Origin: an uncultured Desulfobacterales bacterium
GTDB taxonomy: Bacteria; Desulfobacterota; Dissulfuribacteria; Dissulfuribacterales; QOAL01
DNA length: 64,000 nucleotides
Assembly: GCA_964573805.1 (NCBI GenBank)
Contig: CAZNKP010000016.1
Location: 80,406-144,405 of the forward strand
Reading direction: 5' to 3'
How positions within the stretch are numbered: the stretch's first letter is position 1; every line of letters starts with the position of its first letter. Below, in pieces: positions 18,962 through 28,869 of this stretch. The position numbers and the translations under genes are program-made. The notes below the pieces were generated by a model. It searched no databases. It was not told the DNA's origin and worked only from the letters and a program-made list of their open reading frames with translations.

Positions 18962-19672
18962 ATGCCTGTTCCTTCAAGAGAAGAAAAAAAAGAATTTGTT
19001 CAAGAAAAGTTCTCTTCAGTCACCGATAGATATGATTTTTTGAATTCCCTTCTCAGTATGGGCATAGATCGTTTATGGAGATATAAGACCGTAAAGACTC
19101 TGACGGGGCTAAACGGGCCTATACTGGATGTATGTGCAGGCACTTTGCCACTATCTAGAGAGATACACAGGCAAACCAGGGCCAAAGTAGTGGCCTTGGA
19201 CTTCTGCTTTGATATGTTGGCTTTTGGTCTTAAAAATCTCGATCCTGTAGAGGCCAAGCAAATTCATCCTGTATGTGGGGACGGTGAAAGGCTTCCCCTG
19301 CCATCTAACACCTTTGCAGGTTTTGCAGTAGCCTTTGGAATAAGAAATTTGGCAGACCTGGCAATAGGTTTTTCCGAGATGCACAGGGTGCTTTTGCCTG
19401 GCGGAAAAGGGGCTATTGTTGAGTTCTCAAGGCCTTCCATACCTGTCTTCAAATACTTATACAGGTTTTATCTACATAAGATACTTCCGATTATTGGAGG
19501 CATGATTTCAGGAGATACAGAGGCCTATGTCTATCTCGCCGAGTCCATACAAGGTTTTTATTCGCAGGAACAGGTATGTGATTTGCTAGAAAGATGTGGA
19601 TTTATAGAGGTCGATTACAAGCCCATGACCTTGGGAATTGTTACGCTTTATACGTGTAAAAAACCCGGTTAA
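18962..19672 (+). CDS. menG: Demethylmenaquinone/ubiquinone methyltransferase MenG/UbiE
   Basis: FSSVTDRYDFLNSLLSMGIDRLWR and the SAM motif ILDVCAGT. The internal ATG at 18962 is preferred over the track start at 18887. Confidence 0.8.
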   Translation: MPVPSREEKKEFVQEKFSSVTDRYDFLNSLLSMGIDRLWRYKTVKTLTGLNGPILDVCAGTLPLSREIHRQTRAKVVALDFCFDMLAFGLKNLDPVEAKQIHPVCGDGERLPLPSNTFAGFAVAFGIRNLADLAIGFSEMHRVLLPGGKGAIVEFSRPSIPVFKYLYRFYLHKILPIIGGMISGDTEAYVYLAESIQGFYSQEQVCDLLERCGFIEVDYKPMTLGIVTLYTCKKPG

Positions 19673-19688
19673 CACATTTTTATGAAAA

Positions 19689-20144
19689 ATGAAAAGCAGC
19701 CATCTTCTGCACATACTTATAATCGTAATTATATCCTGCATACTTTATCCTAAAAGTTGTTATGCATTTCAGGAACATGGGGCCAAAGAGGGACTGTACA
19801 TTCACCAACTGGCCCATGTCTGTTTTGGGTCAGCCATGTTATGGCTGTTTTTTATGATAAAAAAGAGTGCCTTTTGGCTCAAGAAGTGGTGGAAAGCCAT
19901 TGCTATTGGAGGGTTGGGATTGGCCTTTTGGAACGTTATGACCTTTGTTGGCCATCTTTTGGGGCCATATAATGTTTACTGTCATAACGAGTCTGTGACA
20001 TCGAATAACGGACTTTTCTGGTTGTGGTACATTACCAAGTTCGACACGGTGGTGTGTTGTCTTTCCATGGTGTTTTTCTACCTTGGTCTCAGGAGGCTTA
20101 ACAACTCCATCACAGATTTGAATTCTGGGATGCAAAAGCCATGA
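19689..20144 (+). CDS. Hypothetical small membrane protein (signal peptide plus about 3 TM)
   Basis: 151 aa, MKSSHLLHILIIVIISCILYPKSCYA followed by hydrophobic segments. Lies 15 nt upstream of a kinase-like gene. Confidence 0.5.
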   Translation: MKSSHLLHILIIVIISCILYPKSCYAFQEHGAKEGLYIHQLAHVCFGSAMLWLFFMIKKSAFWLKKWWKAIAIGGLGLAFWNVMTFVGHLLGPYNVYCHNESVTSNNGLFWLWYITKFDTVVCCLSMVFFYLGLRRLNNSITDLNSGMQKP

Positions 20145-20159
20145 CAAGGATCCTTCACC

Positions 20160-21314
20160 ATGACTTTTGACCTATGTGCTCCTATTATCCTTGTAGACTT
20201 GGCAGGGGGGGTATGTCTCATAATTGTCTCTGCCTTATGTCTCAGGGAGTCAAGGAATATAGTTAAAAAGGAACCAGGCAATTTTCTTTTTAGCTACATG
20301 CATTGGCTCTTTATGGCCCTTTTTGCGTTTTCTCTTTCTAGATCTTTGGGGCATATTGTTAAACACGTCCTTTGGGCTTTAGGATTGGAGGATCTCTGGG
20401 CCTCTCTTTCGCCAGTGAGTGGTTCGGTAAATTCTGCCCTGTTTATACTTATTGCATCCATTACAGTCTTTTTCCAAAAGATGAAAAACGTGATGGAACG
20501 CATTGAACGGGACAGGGCAGAGATTGAAAGAATCAGTCAGGAACTCCTGAGACTCAACGAAGAGACGGAACTTCTTGTAAGTGAAAGAACAAGGGCAGAG
20601 CTTGCCTTGAGCATAGCTCACAATATTAGAAATCCAATTATGGTTATAGGAGGGCTTGCCAAAAGATTTCTTAAAAAAGGTCATCTTACCGAAGACCAGA
20701 GGAAAAAAATCGAGCTAATGCTTGAACAGATAGAGAAACTTGATGAAATAGTTAGGGAATTCGAGCTTATAAAGGGCAAAAAGGCTGCATCGATATCAAA
20801 AAGGGACCTCAACTCCTTGGTTAAAACGGTGTTGGAGGCAGCAGGTCCTGAAGCACAAGACAGAGGAATAGACATAGCCGCCAGATACGAATCCCGTCCC
20901 CTTTATGTAAATATGGACCCTGATCTTATAAAATTTGCCCTTGTTCAATGTCTAAGGTTGCTGATTTATAGATTAAGGGCTGGCAGCCGGTTGAAACTCA
21001 TTCTAAAAAGGGGGAAGTTCGGAGCAGTTGTCATATTTATAACGTCGCCTTTTGAAAAAGGTGCAAGCTACGTTGGTCATTCAAGTTCAACGAAAACTGC
21101 ATCGACTCTTAGGGGTAAAAGGCTTGGACTGTCAACAGTGAGACAGATACTCAGGGATCATGGAGGGGATCTGCATGTAGAGGGGCATGGAGAGGCACTG
21201 AAGATAGAAATATTTTTACCATTTAATATTGGCACGGCAAAGACCTGGAGCAGAGATCGCAAGGAAGTCGAACTTCCTTCAATAAAGCAAAATACAGACA
21301 ATAATGGGAAATAA
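20160..21314 (+). CDS. Membrane-bound histidine-kinase-like protein with a degenerate ATP-binding domain
   Basis: About 4 N-terminal TM segments, a coiled coil, and the H-box [16 protein letters not shown]. The C-terminal domain keeps only [18 protein letters not shown]. No N-box Asn or D-x-G-x-G is visible. Confidence 0.65.
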   Translation: MTFDLCAPIILVDLAGGVCLIIVSALCLRESRNIVKKEPGNFLFSYMHWLFMALFAFSLSRSLGHIVKHVLWALGLEDLWASLSPVSGSVNSALFILIASITVFFQKMKNVMERIERDRAEIERISQELLRLNEETELLVSERTRAELALSIAHNIRNPIMVIGGLAKRFLKKGHLTEDQRKKIELMLEQIEKLDEIVREFELIKGKKAASISKRDLNSLVKTVLEAAGPEAQDRGIDIAARYESRPLYVNMDPDLIKFALVQCLRLLIYRLRAGSRLKLILKRGKFGAVVIFITSPFEKGASYVGHSSSTKTASTLRGKRLGLSTVRQILRDHGGDLHVEGHGEALKIEIFLPFNIGTAKTWSRDRKEVELPSIKQNTDNNGK

Positions 21315-21801
21315 CTCCAATAAGGAAGAATGCATTGTACAGATTTTTACAGATGGAGCCTGTTCGGGCAATCCAGGTCCTGGCGGTTGGGGTGCACTCC
21401 TTAAGTATGGCAATACCAAGAAAAAACTCCAAGGTTTTTCGCCTCAAACTACCAACAACAGGATGGAGATGCTCGCAGCGATAAGGGCGCTCGAGGCCCT
21501 TAAAAGGCCTTGCAAGGTTATCTTGACTACGGATTCCATATATCTAAAGAATGGAATAACCAATTGGATCCGTAACTGGAAAAAAAGGAATTGGAAAAAT
21601 GCCAAAGGAAAACCTGTCAAAAATATGGACCTATGGAAACGCCTTGATAAACTGGCCTCCATTCACAACATAGAGTGGAAATGGGTTAAGGGGCACAGTG
21701 GCCATCATGAAAACGAGACGGTTGATGAACTTGCCACCTCTGCCATAAGGATGGGGCTTGAAGGACAGTTGAAATCAGATCCTTTGGGTAGAATTGAATA
21801 A
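21304..21801 (+). CDS. rnhA: Ribonuclease HI
   Basis: [18 protein letters not shown]...[14 protein letters not shown]...TDSIYL...[20 protein letters not shown]. Confidence 0.9.
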   Translation: MGNNSNKEECIVQIFTDGACSGNPGPGGWGALLKYGNTKKKLQGFSPQTTNNRMEMLAAIRALEALKRPCKVILTTDSIYLKNGITNWIRNWKKRNWKNAKGKPVKNMDLWKRLDKLASIHNIEWKWVKGHSGHHENETVDELATSAIRMGLEGQLKSDPLGRIE

Positions 21802-22022
21802 TAATTTCACTTATCCTGCCTCTTTCATATTAATTAAAAAAGTTCATTGCATCTTAATGCTATTTCATGTAAAAGGCGTGACAGACAAAATAAATATACA
21901 AAAAATTGAATTTCCGTTTCAAGATACACATCCAGATTACCGGCCACAGTAGGTTAACTTTTTCAGTTAGATGGGGGTTGTTAATGGCCAGGTCCGGTTC
22001 ATAGTCCTTAGGAGTTTCCGCT

Positions 22023-23393
22023 ATGATGTCTTTAACAACAGATGCAGATCATTTAAAGGATGAAATAGAGAAAATACTTCCCCAGAGGCTTTCCGGAGTC
22101 TTTGAATGTTATGGCTTCAATTTTGACGAGCTTTTGACGCCTCTTAAATGGAAGCCCTTGGTGCTTGTAATAGGTAACTATTCATCGGGAAAATCCACAT
22201 TTATTAATGAATTCATAGGGCAAGAGATACAAAGGACAGGCCAGGCCCCAACTGATGACGCATTCACAATTCTTACCGCCCCGAATGAAGGAGAAAGCCC
22301 AGGAGATCTTACAGGCAGCACACTGGTTGCAGATGAATCCTTGCCTTTTACCGGACTGAGAAGATTTGGAGAAAGACTTCTTTCGCACCTTGTAATGAAA
22401 AGAATTGAATCGGAAAGACTAAAAGATATAGCAATCATTGATACACCGGGGATGCTCGATTCGGTCACTGAGCAAGACAGAGGTTATGACTTTCTAGGTG
22501 TTGTAGGGGAACTGGCAAGGCTTTCAGATCTTATAGTGCTTATGTTTGATCCTCACAAGGCAGGTACAATAAAAGAGACATACAAAGTCCTTCGAATTAC
22601 CTTGCCTGTATCTTCTGAGGAAGACAGGGTCCTTTTTGTCCTAAACCGAATAGATGAATGTGAAAATCTTGAAGATCTAGTGAGAACATACGGAACCTTA
22701 TGCTGGAATCTTTCACAAATGACAGGCAGAAAGGATATACCCCGAATTTTTCTTACATATGCCAAGATTCCTGGCAGACACGTTCCTCATGAATTTGAGG
22801 TATGGGAAAAGGAAAGGCAAGAGCTTAAAAAGGCCATCTTGGATGCTCCGAGGATGAGGCTATTTCATATGTTGCAAGAAGTGGATAAGGCTGCCAGAGA
22901 GCTCGAGCTTGTTATCCAGGCCATGGAGGGCTTTAAAGAGCGTTTTTATAAGAGGGTTAAAAGGTTTGCAAAATCCCTTGCGATTACAGGTGGTTTTGCC
23001 TTTCTCCTTGGAGATCTTATAATGAATCTTGTTGCTGGTTATCCAGCCGATCCGCTACTGTATTCTCTTGTTACTGGGAGATTGTCTGTTGACAGTTTCC
23101 TATGGCCTGTAATATGGCTTTTATTAGTTATTGCTGCAGGTTCGGTCTACTTTCAGAAGATCTCCTTTCCAAGGTTAGTAAAAAAATTCAGCCAGGAGCC
23201 AGATAGATTAATTGATCTGGACTCTGCCTATGACCGTGACCTGTGGCAAAGGGTGAAACCAAAAGTAAGTGAATTGATAAGAAGGAATGCTCGCCATCAG
23301 ATTTGGGTAAGACACAAGAAAAATCTTTCCAAGGTGAGGAAGTTTGTAAAAAGGGATCTGCAGTCTTTTTATGAAAGAATAAAGAGATTTTGA
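22023..23393 (+). CDS. Dynamin-superfamily NTPase with an EHD-like G domain and a C-terminal TM hairpin
   Basis: P-loop GNYSSGKST, plus IIDTPGM, RGYDF, LMFDPHK, VLNRID and TYGTLCWNL. Two hydrophobic segments (AITGGFAFLLGDLIMNLVAGY and FLWPVIWLLLVIAAGSVYF). Confidence 0.75.
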   Translation: MMSLTTDADHLKDEIEKILPQRLSGVFECYGFNFDELLTPLKWKPLVLVIGNYSSGKSTFINEFIGQEIQRTGQAPTDDAFTILTAPNEGESPGDLTGSTLVADESLPFTGLRRFGERLLSHLVMKRIESERLKDIAIIDTPGMLDSVTEQDRGYDFLGVVGELARLSDLIVLMFDPHKAGTIKETYKVLRITLPVSSEEDRVLFVLNRIDECENLEDLVRTYGTLCWNLSQMTGRKDIPRIFLTYAKIPGRHVPHEFEVWEKERQELKKAILDAPRMRLFHMLQEVDKAARELELVIQAMEGFKERFYKRVKRFAKSLAITGGFAFLLGDLIMNLVAGYPADPLLYSLVTGRLSVDSFLWPVIWLLLVIAAGSVYFQKISFPRLVKKFSQEPDRLIDLDSAYDRDLWQRVKPKVSELIRRNARHQIWVRHKKNLSKVRKFVKRDLQSFYERIKRF

Positions 23394-23492
23394 TTCAAAG
23401 GGCAACCAACCGAAATTCCGGCGCTTTAAAATTTTCTTTTATTTGTGTAACCTAAAAAGGGAGTAGAGCAACTTAGTTAGTGGAGGAAATTG

Positions 23493-24242
23493 ATGTCTGG
23501 ACATTCTAAGTGGAGCACCATAAAGCATAAAAAGGCTGCTCAGGATGCCAAAAGGGGCAAGATATTTACCAAGCTCATTAAGGAGATTACAGTTGCAGCA
23601 CGGCTTGGAGGTGGAGATCCGGCAGCTAACCCAAGGCTTAGGGCTGCCATTGAAGCTGCCAAGGCTGCCAACATGCCCAAAAATAACATAGAAAGGGCCA
23701 TTAAAAAGGGAACCGGAGAGCTTGAAGGAGTCGCATACGAGGAGGTCACTTATGAAGGTTATGGTCCTGGGGGAGTTGCTGTTTTGGTCGAGACTATTAC
23801 AGACAACAGACAGCGTACTGTAGCAGAGGTAAGGCATATATTTGCCAAAAGGGGAGGAAATCTTGGCGAGCCAGGAAGTGTGGCATGGATATTTGAAAAG
23901 AAGGGGCTCATTATCGTTGAAAAGGACAAAGTAGACGAAGACACACTTATGGCTGCTGCCCTTGAGGCTGAAGCGGAAGATATACAAGATTCTGGCAGTG
24001 AGTGGGAAATAGAGACATCGCCAGAGGAGCTTGCAAAGGTAAAAAAGGCCCTTACAGATCAGGGTATCGAGATATTATCTGCAAAGGTTACCATGGTTCC
24101 ATCCAACATCGTCAAGATAGACGATGAAAAAAAGGCCCAACAGCTTATTGCCCTGATGAATGCCTTGGAAGAGAATGATGATGTACAAAATGTTTATGCC
24201 AACTTTGACATCCCTGACAAAATACTTGAAAAGGTGACCTAA
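23493..24242 (+). CDS. YebC/PmpR-family transcriptional regulator
   Basis: [34 protein letters not shown] lies upstream of the ATG at 23493. Confidence 0.9.
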   Translation: MSGHSKWSTIKHKKAAQDAKRGKIFTKLIKEITVAARLGGGDPAANPRLRAAIEAAKAANMPKNNIERAIKKGTGELEGVAYEEVTYEGYGPGGVAVLVETITDNRQRTVAEVRHIFAKRGGNLGEPGSVAWIFEKKGLIIVEKDKVDEDTLMAAALEAEAEDIQDSGSEWEIETSPEELAKVKKALTDQGIEILSAKVTMVPSNIVKIDDEKKAQQLIALMNALEENDDVQNVYANFDIPDKILEKVT

Positions 24243-24244
24243 GC

Positions 24245-24757
24245 ATGAAAAAGGGGCCTGTGTTGGGAGTGGATCCCGGCTCTGTAGCAACAGGTTATGG
24301 TGTTATCCAACAGGGGCCCGATGGCCAGACAGTAGTTTTAGGGGCAGGCGTAATAAGGACTAGCACCAAGAGAACCTTCCCTGACAGACTCAAACATCTT
24401 TATGACGGTCTTTGCCAGGTTATTCAAGATTATCGTCCTGCCATTGCGGCCTTTGAGCAGATTTTTATTGCCAAAAATGCTGGTGCTGCTTTAAAGCTCG
24501 GACATGCCAGGGCAGCCCTTTTGATGGCCGCCATAAACAATGGCCTTGAAATTTTTGAATATTCTGCCCTTGAAATTAAAAGGGCAGTAGTGGGCTATGG
24601 CATGGCAGACAAGCACCAGGTTCAGGAAATGGTCAGCCTTATATTGAAACTTAACAAACGTCCACCAAAGGATGCCTCTGATGCATTGGCAGTTGCACTT
24701 TGTCATGTTCAATCGATCAAGGTTCAACAGTTGATAAAACTGAAACTGTCTATTTAA
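24245..24757 (+). CDS. ruvC: Holliday junction resolvase RuvC
   Basis: VLGVDPGSVATGYGVI...AFEQIFIAKNAGAALKLGHARA...DASDALAVALCH. Confidence 0.9.
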   Translation: MKKGPVLGVDPGSVATGYGVIQQGPDGQTVVLGAGVIRTSTKRTFPDRLKHLYDGLCQVIQDYRPAIAAFEQIFIAKNAGAALKLGHARAALLMAAINNGLEIFEYSALEIKRAVVGYGMADKHQVQEMVSLILKLNKRPPKDASDALAVALCHVQSIKVQQLIKLKLSI

Positions 24758-24793
24758 TTTGTTATTTTACAGAAACTTTTGAGGTAATTGGAA

Positions 24794-25417
24794 TTGATAG
24801 GCTATCTCAAGGGAACCATTGTAGAAGTGCTTGATGATACAGTTATTCTAGATGTAGGCGGTATAGGCTACCTTATAGAGATGCCGGCTTCTTTTTTGGC
24901 TAAACTTCCTCCCTTGGGTCACGAGGCACAAATTTATACAAGGTTGATCGTTAGAGACGATCAAATAAATCTCTATGGTTTTTTAGATAAAAAGGCCTTG
25001 TTGGTTTTTAAGGTGCTTCTTGAAGTATCAGGTGTTGGTCCCAAGCTGGCCCTGAATGTGCTTTCTGTGTTGTCACCAGAGGATCTTGTATCTGATATAG
25101 CCAAAGGAGACACTTCACGGATTCGTTCTGTTCACGGTGTAGGAAAGAAGACAGCCGCAAGGATCTGCGTTGATCTGAAGGAAAAGGCCGCAAAGATTTT
25201 GGCCAAAGAGGGGCGTATTGTGCAAGTGACAGATTATAATAAAGCAGGGCAAGTTGACGAATCATTACTAGATGATGCGGTGTCGGCTCTAGTTAATCTT
25301 GGTTATCGGCCCCATGAGGCAAAGAGAGTTCTTTCTCAGATTGTTTCTAAACATGGTGCGTTGGAAGTGGATAAACTTATCAAAATGGCCTTGCAACGTA
25401 TTTCAAAGGTTAAATAG
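24794..25417 (+). CDS. ruvA: Holliday junction branch migration protein RuvA
   Basis: (M)[11 protein letters not shown]...GIGYLIEMP...[13 protein letters not shown]...[15 protein letters not shown] at 24794 has GAGGT 8 nt upstream. TTG at 24788 (the track start) is an alternative. Confidence 0.85.
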   Translation: MIGYLKGTIVEVLDDTVILDVGGIGYLIEMPASFLAKLPPLGHEAQIYTRLIVRDDQINLYGFLDKKALLVFKVLLEVSGVGPKLALNVLSVLSPEDLVSDIAKGDTSRIRSVHGVGKKTAARICVDLKEKAAKILAKEGRIVQVTDYNKAGQVDESLLDDAVSALVNLGYRPHEAKRVLSQIVSKHGALEVDKLIKMALQRISKVK

Positions 25418-25422
25418 ACCAT

Positions 25423-26460
25423 ATGGAATATAAAAAGATAAACCAGACAGCAGAAGGAAAGGAAGAGATGGCCCCTCTTTCACCTGTATGTCAAGAGGAG
25501 GATTTATCCTTAGAATCTTCTCTTAGGCCTCAGAATCTTTCAGAATACGTAGGACAAGATGATCTAAAAAGGGGACTGTCATTATTTATAGAGGCTGCAA
25601 AAAAAAGAAGGGAACCCCTGGATCACTGTTTACTACATGGTCATCCAGGCTTGGGTAAGACAACCCTGGCCCATATCATAGCCAAAGAGCTTGGAGTAGG
25701 TATCAGGTGTACTTCAGGGCCTGTAATTGAAAGACCAGGGGATTTGGCTGCCATACTTACAAATTTACAGCCTGGAGAAGTGCTTTTCATAGATGAAATT
25801 CACAGACTGAGTCCATCGGTGGAAGAGATACTATATCCAGCAATGGAAGATTTCCAACTGGATCTTATAATAGGCCAAGGTCCTAGTGCCAGGACAATAA
25901 AGATTGATCTCCCACGGTTTACCATGGTTGGAGCCACAACCAGGGCAGGACTTCTTTCGCCACCCCTTCGGGATCGTTTTGGTGTGCTTCTCCGCGTTGA
26001 CTTTTATTCGGTCGAGCAACTTCAAGAAATTGTTACCCGTTCTGCATCAGTTCTCGGCATAGCTATTGATAGTGCAGGAGCACACGAAATAGCAAAGAGA
26101 TCACGGGGTACTCCAAGAATCGCCAATCGTCTCTTGAGACGGGTTAGAGATTTCGCTGAGATCAAGGCTAAAGGGATTATAACAAGAGATGTTGCAGATA
26201 AGGCTCTTGATATGCTCGATGTAGACGAAAAGGGTCTGGATGGCATGGATAGACAGATACTCAGTATTATCATCAAGAGATTCAATGGGGGACCTGTAGG
26301 ATTGGACACGATTGCCATATCGGTTGGAGAAGAAAGCGGAACCATAGAAGAGGTTTATGAACCATTTCTTGTACAGGAAGGCTATCTTCACAGGACTCCA
26401 AGGGGGAGGATGGCCACTGACAAGGCCTATCAACACCTTGGACTAAAGAGAGGAGGATAA
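25423..26460 (+). CDS. ruvB: Holliday junction ATP-dependent DNA helicase RuvB
   Basis: [12 protein letters not shown], Walker [12 protein letters not shown], Walker [10 protein letters not shown], and [16 protein letters not shown]. Confidence 0.95.
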   Translation: MEYKKINQTAEGKEEMAPLSPVCQEEDLSLESSLRPQNLSEYVGQDDLKRGLSLFIEAAKKRREPLDHCLLHGHPGLGKTTLAHIIAKELGVGIRCTSGPVIERPGDLAAILTNLQPGEVLFIDEIHRLSPSVEEILYPAMEDFQLDLIIGQGPSARTIKIDLPRFTMVGATTRAGLLSPPLRDRFGVLLRVDFYSVEQLQEIVTRSASVLGIAIDSAGAHEIAKRSRGTPRIANRLLRRVRDFAEIKAKGIITRDVADKALDMLDVDEKGLDGMDRQILSIIIKRFNGGPVGLDTIAISVGEESGTIEEVYEPFLVQEGYLHRTPRGRMATDKAYQHLGLKRGG

Positions 26461-26466
26461 TTTGCA

Positions 26467-28869
26467 GTGAAAAGATTGGAGCCTGATCAACTTCGACTGA
26501 GGATAGATCCTGACAGCCTTGATTTCGATTATATTAGCCAGTTAGAGCAAGAAGCCCTCAGCATTTATGGCCAAGAAAGGGCTGACAGGGCACTTGATGT
26601 AGGGCTTGAAATAGAGAATCCGGGTTTCAATGTATTTGTCGCGGGATTGCAAGAGGTCGGTGCCCTCGATCTGACCATATCCAAATTGAAAAAACTTGCC
26701 AGTAACGATGCTGATAGGCCAAAGGACATCTGCTACATCCATAACTTCAAAGATCCAGATGTCCCAATAGCAATTTTGCTAGAACCTGGCCTTGGCATGA
26801 AACTCAAAAAAGATATGGCAGAACTGGTGGATAACCTTCAGCTTCACTTGCCTAAGAGCTTTGAAGGGGAGACATACCTTGTAAGAAAAGAGGAGGTTAT
26901 TCGGGAATTTAATAAAAAGCGTACAGAAATTTTTGAGGCGCTCGACAAAAAGGTTAAAGAGAAGGGATTCATACTTCAGGCTGATCCAACAGGTATGATG
27001 GTCATCCCTGCAAAAGAAGACGGAAGCCCCTTGAGTCCTGAGGAGATCTCAAAGATGACCAAGGAACAGCAAGATGATCTCAAAAGGAGAAGCGAAGAAC
27101 TCCATAGGGAAATGGGTTCTGCCATGCGTAAGGTTCACCAGCTTGAACAGGAGGTAAGGCAAAGGCTTAAAGAATTAGACAGACAGGTAGCCCGTCAAAC
27201 TGCCCAGATCCTTATAGACCCCTTAAAAGAGAAATATTCGGTCTATCCACGGCTTAAGGCCTATTTTGAGGAGGTGCTTGAAGACGTTGTTATACACTTT
27301 CAGGATTTTTTGCCATCTAAAAACGCTCCTCCAGGGCTACCCTTTCCTGTGCCAGGCGCTAGTCCAAGTTTTACTAAGTATGACATAAATGTGCTGGTTG
27401 ATAACTCCGAAACCAAGGGCAGGCCATTTGTCTTTGAGGCAAACCCAAGCTACCCGAACCTGTTTGGTGTAATAGAAAGGCAGGCCCAATTTGGTGCACT
27501 GTTTACTGATTTTACCATGATAAAGGCCGGGGCCCTTCACAAAGCAAATGGAGGTTTTCTTTTATTAAAAGTTACAGATCTTCTTAAAAGACCATTTTCA
27601 TACGAAGCATTGAAAAGGGCTCTAAAAACAGGAAAGCTTGAGATAGAAGATCCGGGCGAGCAGTATGGCCTTTTTACTACAAAAAGCCTAAAACCAGAAC
27701 CTATAGACCTCGATGTAAAAATAGTCTTAATGGGAGAGCCATATCTCTATCAGCTTTTATACAACTTCGATGAGGACTTTCGTGAATTATTTAAGATAAA
27801 ATCCCATCTTGATACCCAGACAGATAATAATCAAAAACGCCAGAGGGAGTTTTTTAGGCTCTTGGCATCTATAGCAAAAAAGAACGAGCTGAAAGATATA
27901 GACAAGACAGGGGCTGCCCGCTTTTTGGAATATGCAGCAGAGCTTGCCGGTTCAAAGGAGAAACTGAGCCTGAAGGTTACAGAGCTGGAAGACCTTGCTA
28001 TCGAAGCAGATTTTTGGGCTGCCAATGCAGGCAGTCAGTATATATCTGCAGGGCACGTTCAAAAGGCCATTGATGAAAGACGATATCGCTCAAGCCTGTA
28101 TCAGGAACATTTGCAGGAGTTGCTTGTTAAGGATGTTATAAAAGTTGCAACTGATGGATATGCAGTAGGGCAAATTAATGGGCTTGCCGTTTATGATCTT
28201 GGAGACTATCTGTTTGGTAAGCCCAGCAGAATCACGGCCAATATAAGCCTTGGCAAAGATGGCGTTGTAAATATAGAACGGGAAGCAGAACTTAGTGGCA
28301 GGATACACACCAAGGGTGTGATGATTCTTGCTGGTTATCTGCGGCAAAAGTTTGCCCAGAAAAGGCCCTTGAGTCTTACAGCCACTATATGCTTTGAACA
28401 GAGCTATGGCCTCATAGATGGCGATTCGGCCTCTGGTGCTGAACTGTTTGCCCTTCTTTCATCTATATCTAATGTGCCTTTGCGTCAGGATGTGGCTTGT
28501 ACGGGTGCTGTCAGCCAAAAAGGAGAGATACTGCCCGTTGGTGGTGTAACAGCCAAGATTGAGGGTTTTTTTGATCTTTGTAAGGCCAGGGGTCTTACTG
28601 GTACCCAAGGTGTTATAATTCCAAAGGCCAATGTCAGGGATCTGAATCTGCGTCAAGAGATAATCGATGCAGTGGAGAAGGACAAGTTTCATGTCTGGTC
28701 TATTGAATCTGTAGAGGAGGGCATAAAAATACTAACGGGCAAGGAGGCAGGCGTTCAAGACGAAAAAGGTAGATATCCTAGGAATTCTCTCTTTTACCTT
28801 GTTGACAAGAGACTTAAAGACCTGTCGGCCCTTGCCAAAAAAGAAGAAAAAGAAGATAAGGCCGACTAG
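26467..28869 (+). CDS. Lon-like protease (COG1067/LonC-like) with a degenerate Walker A
   Basis: C-terminal S16 domain with DGDSASGAELFALLSSI and GGVTAKIEGFF (Ser-Lys dyad). The N-terminal AAA-like region reads NVFVAGLQEVGALDL where G-x-x-G-x-GK[ST] is expected. GTG start. Confidence 0.75.
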   Translation: MKRLEPDQLRLRIDPDSLDFDYISQLEQEALSIYGQERADRALDVGLEIENPGFNVFVAGLQEVGALDLTISKLKKLASNDADRPKDICYIHNFKDPDVPIAILLEPGLGMKLKKDMAELVDNLQLHLPKSFEGETYLVRKEEVIREFNKKRTEIFEALDKKVKEKGFILQADPTGMMVIPAKEDGSPLSPEEISKMTKEQQDDLKRRSEELHREMGSAMRKVHQLEQEVRQRLKELDRQVARQTAQILIDPLKEKYSVYPRLKAYFEEVLEDVVIHFQDFLPSKNAPPGLPFPVPGASPSFTKYDINVLVDNSETKGRPFVFEANPSYPNLFGVIERQAQFGALFTDFTMIKAGALHKANGGFLLLKVTDLLKRPFSYEALKRALKTGKLEIEDPGEQYGLFTTKSLKPEPIDLDVKIVLMGEPYLYQLLYNFDEDFRELFKIKSHLDTQTDNNQKRQREFFRLLASIAKKNELKDIDKTGAARFLEYAAELAGSKEKLSLKVTELEDLAIEADFWAANAGSQYISAGHVQKAIDERRYRSSLYQEHLQELLVKDVIKVATDGYAVGQINGLAVYDLGDYLFGKPSRITANISLGKDGVVNIEREAELSGRIHTKGVMILAGYLRQKFAQKRPLSLTATICFEQSYGLIDGDSASGAELFALLSSISNVPLRQDVACTGAVSQKGEILPVGGVTAKIEGFFDLCKARGLTGTQGVIIPKANVRDLNLRQEIIDAVEKDKFHVWSIESVEEGIKILTGKEAGVQDEKGRYPRNSLFYLVDKRLKDLSALAKKEEKEDKAD

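Noticed and set aside
23439-23987. A 182-aa minus-strand ORF overlapping the yebC start region.
   Set aside because: It is antisense to a textbook YebC sequence that has a GGAGGA RBS. Its composition is Cys/Phe/Leu-rich and unlike the local proteins.
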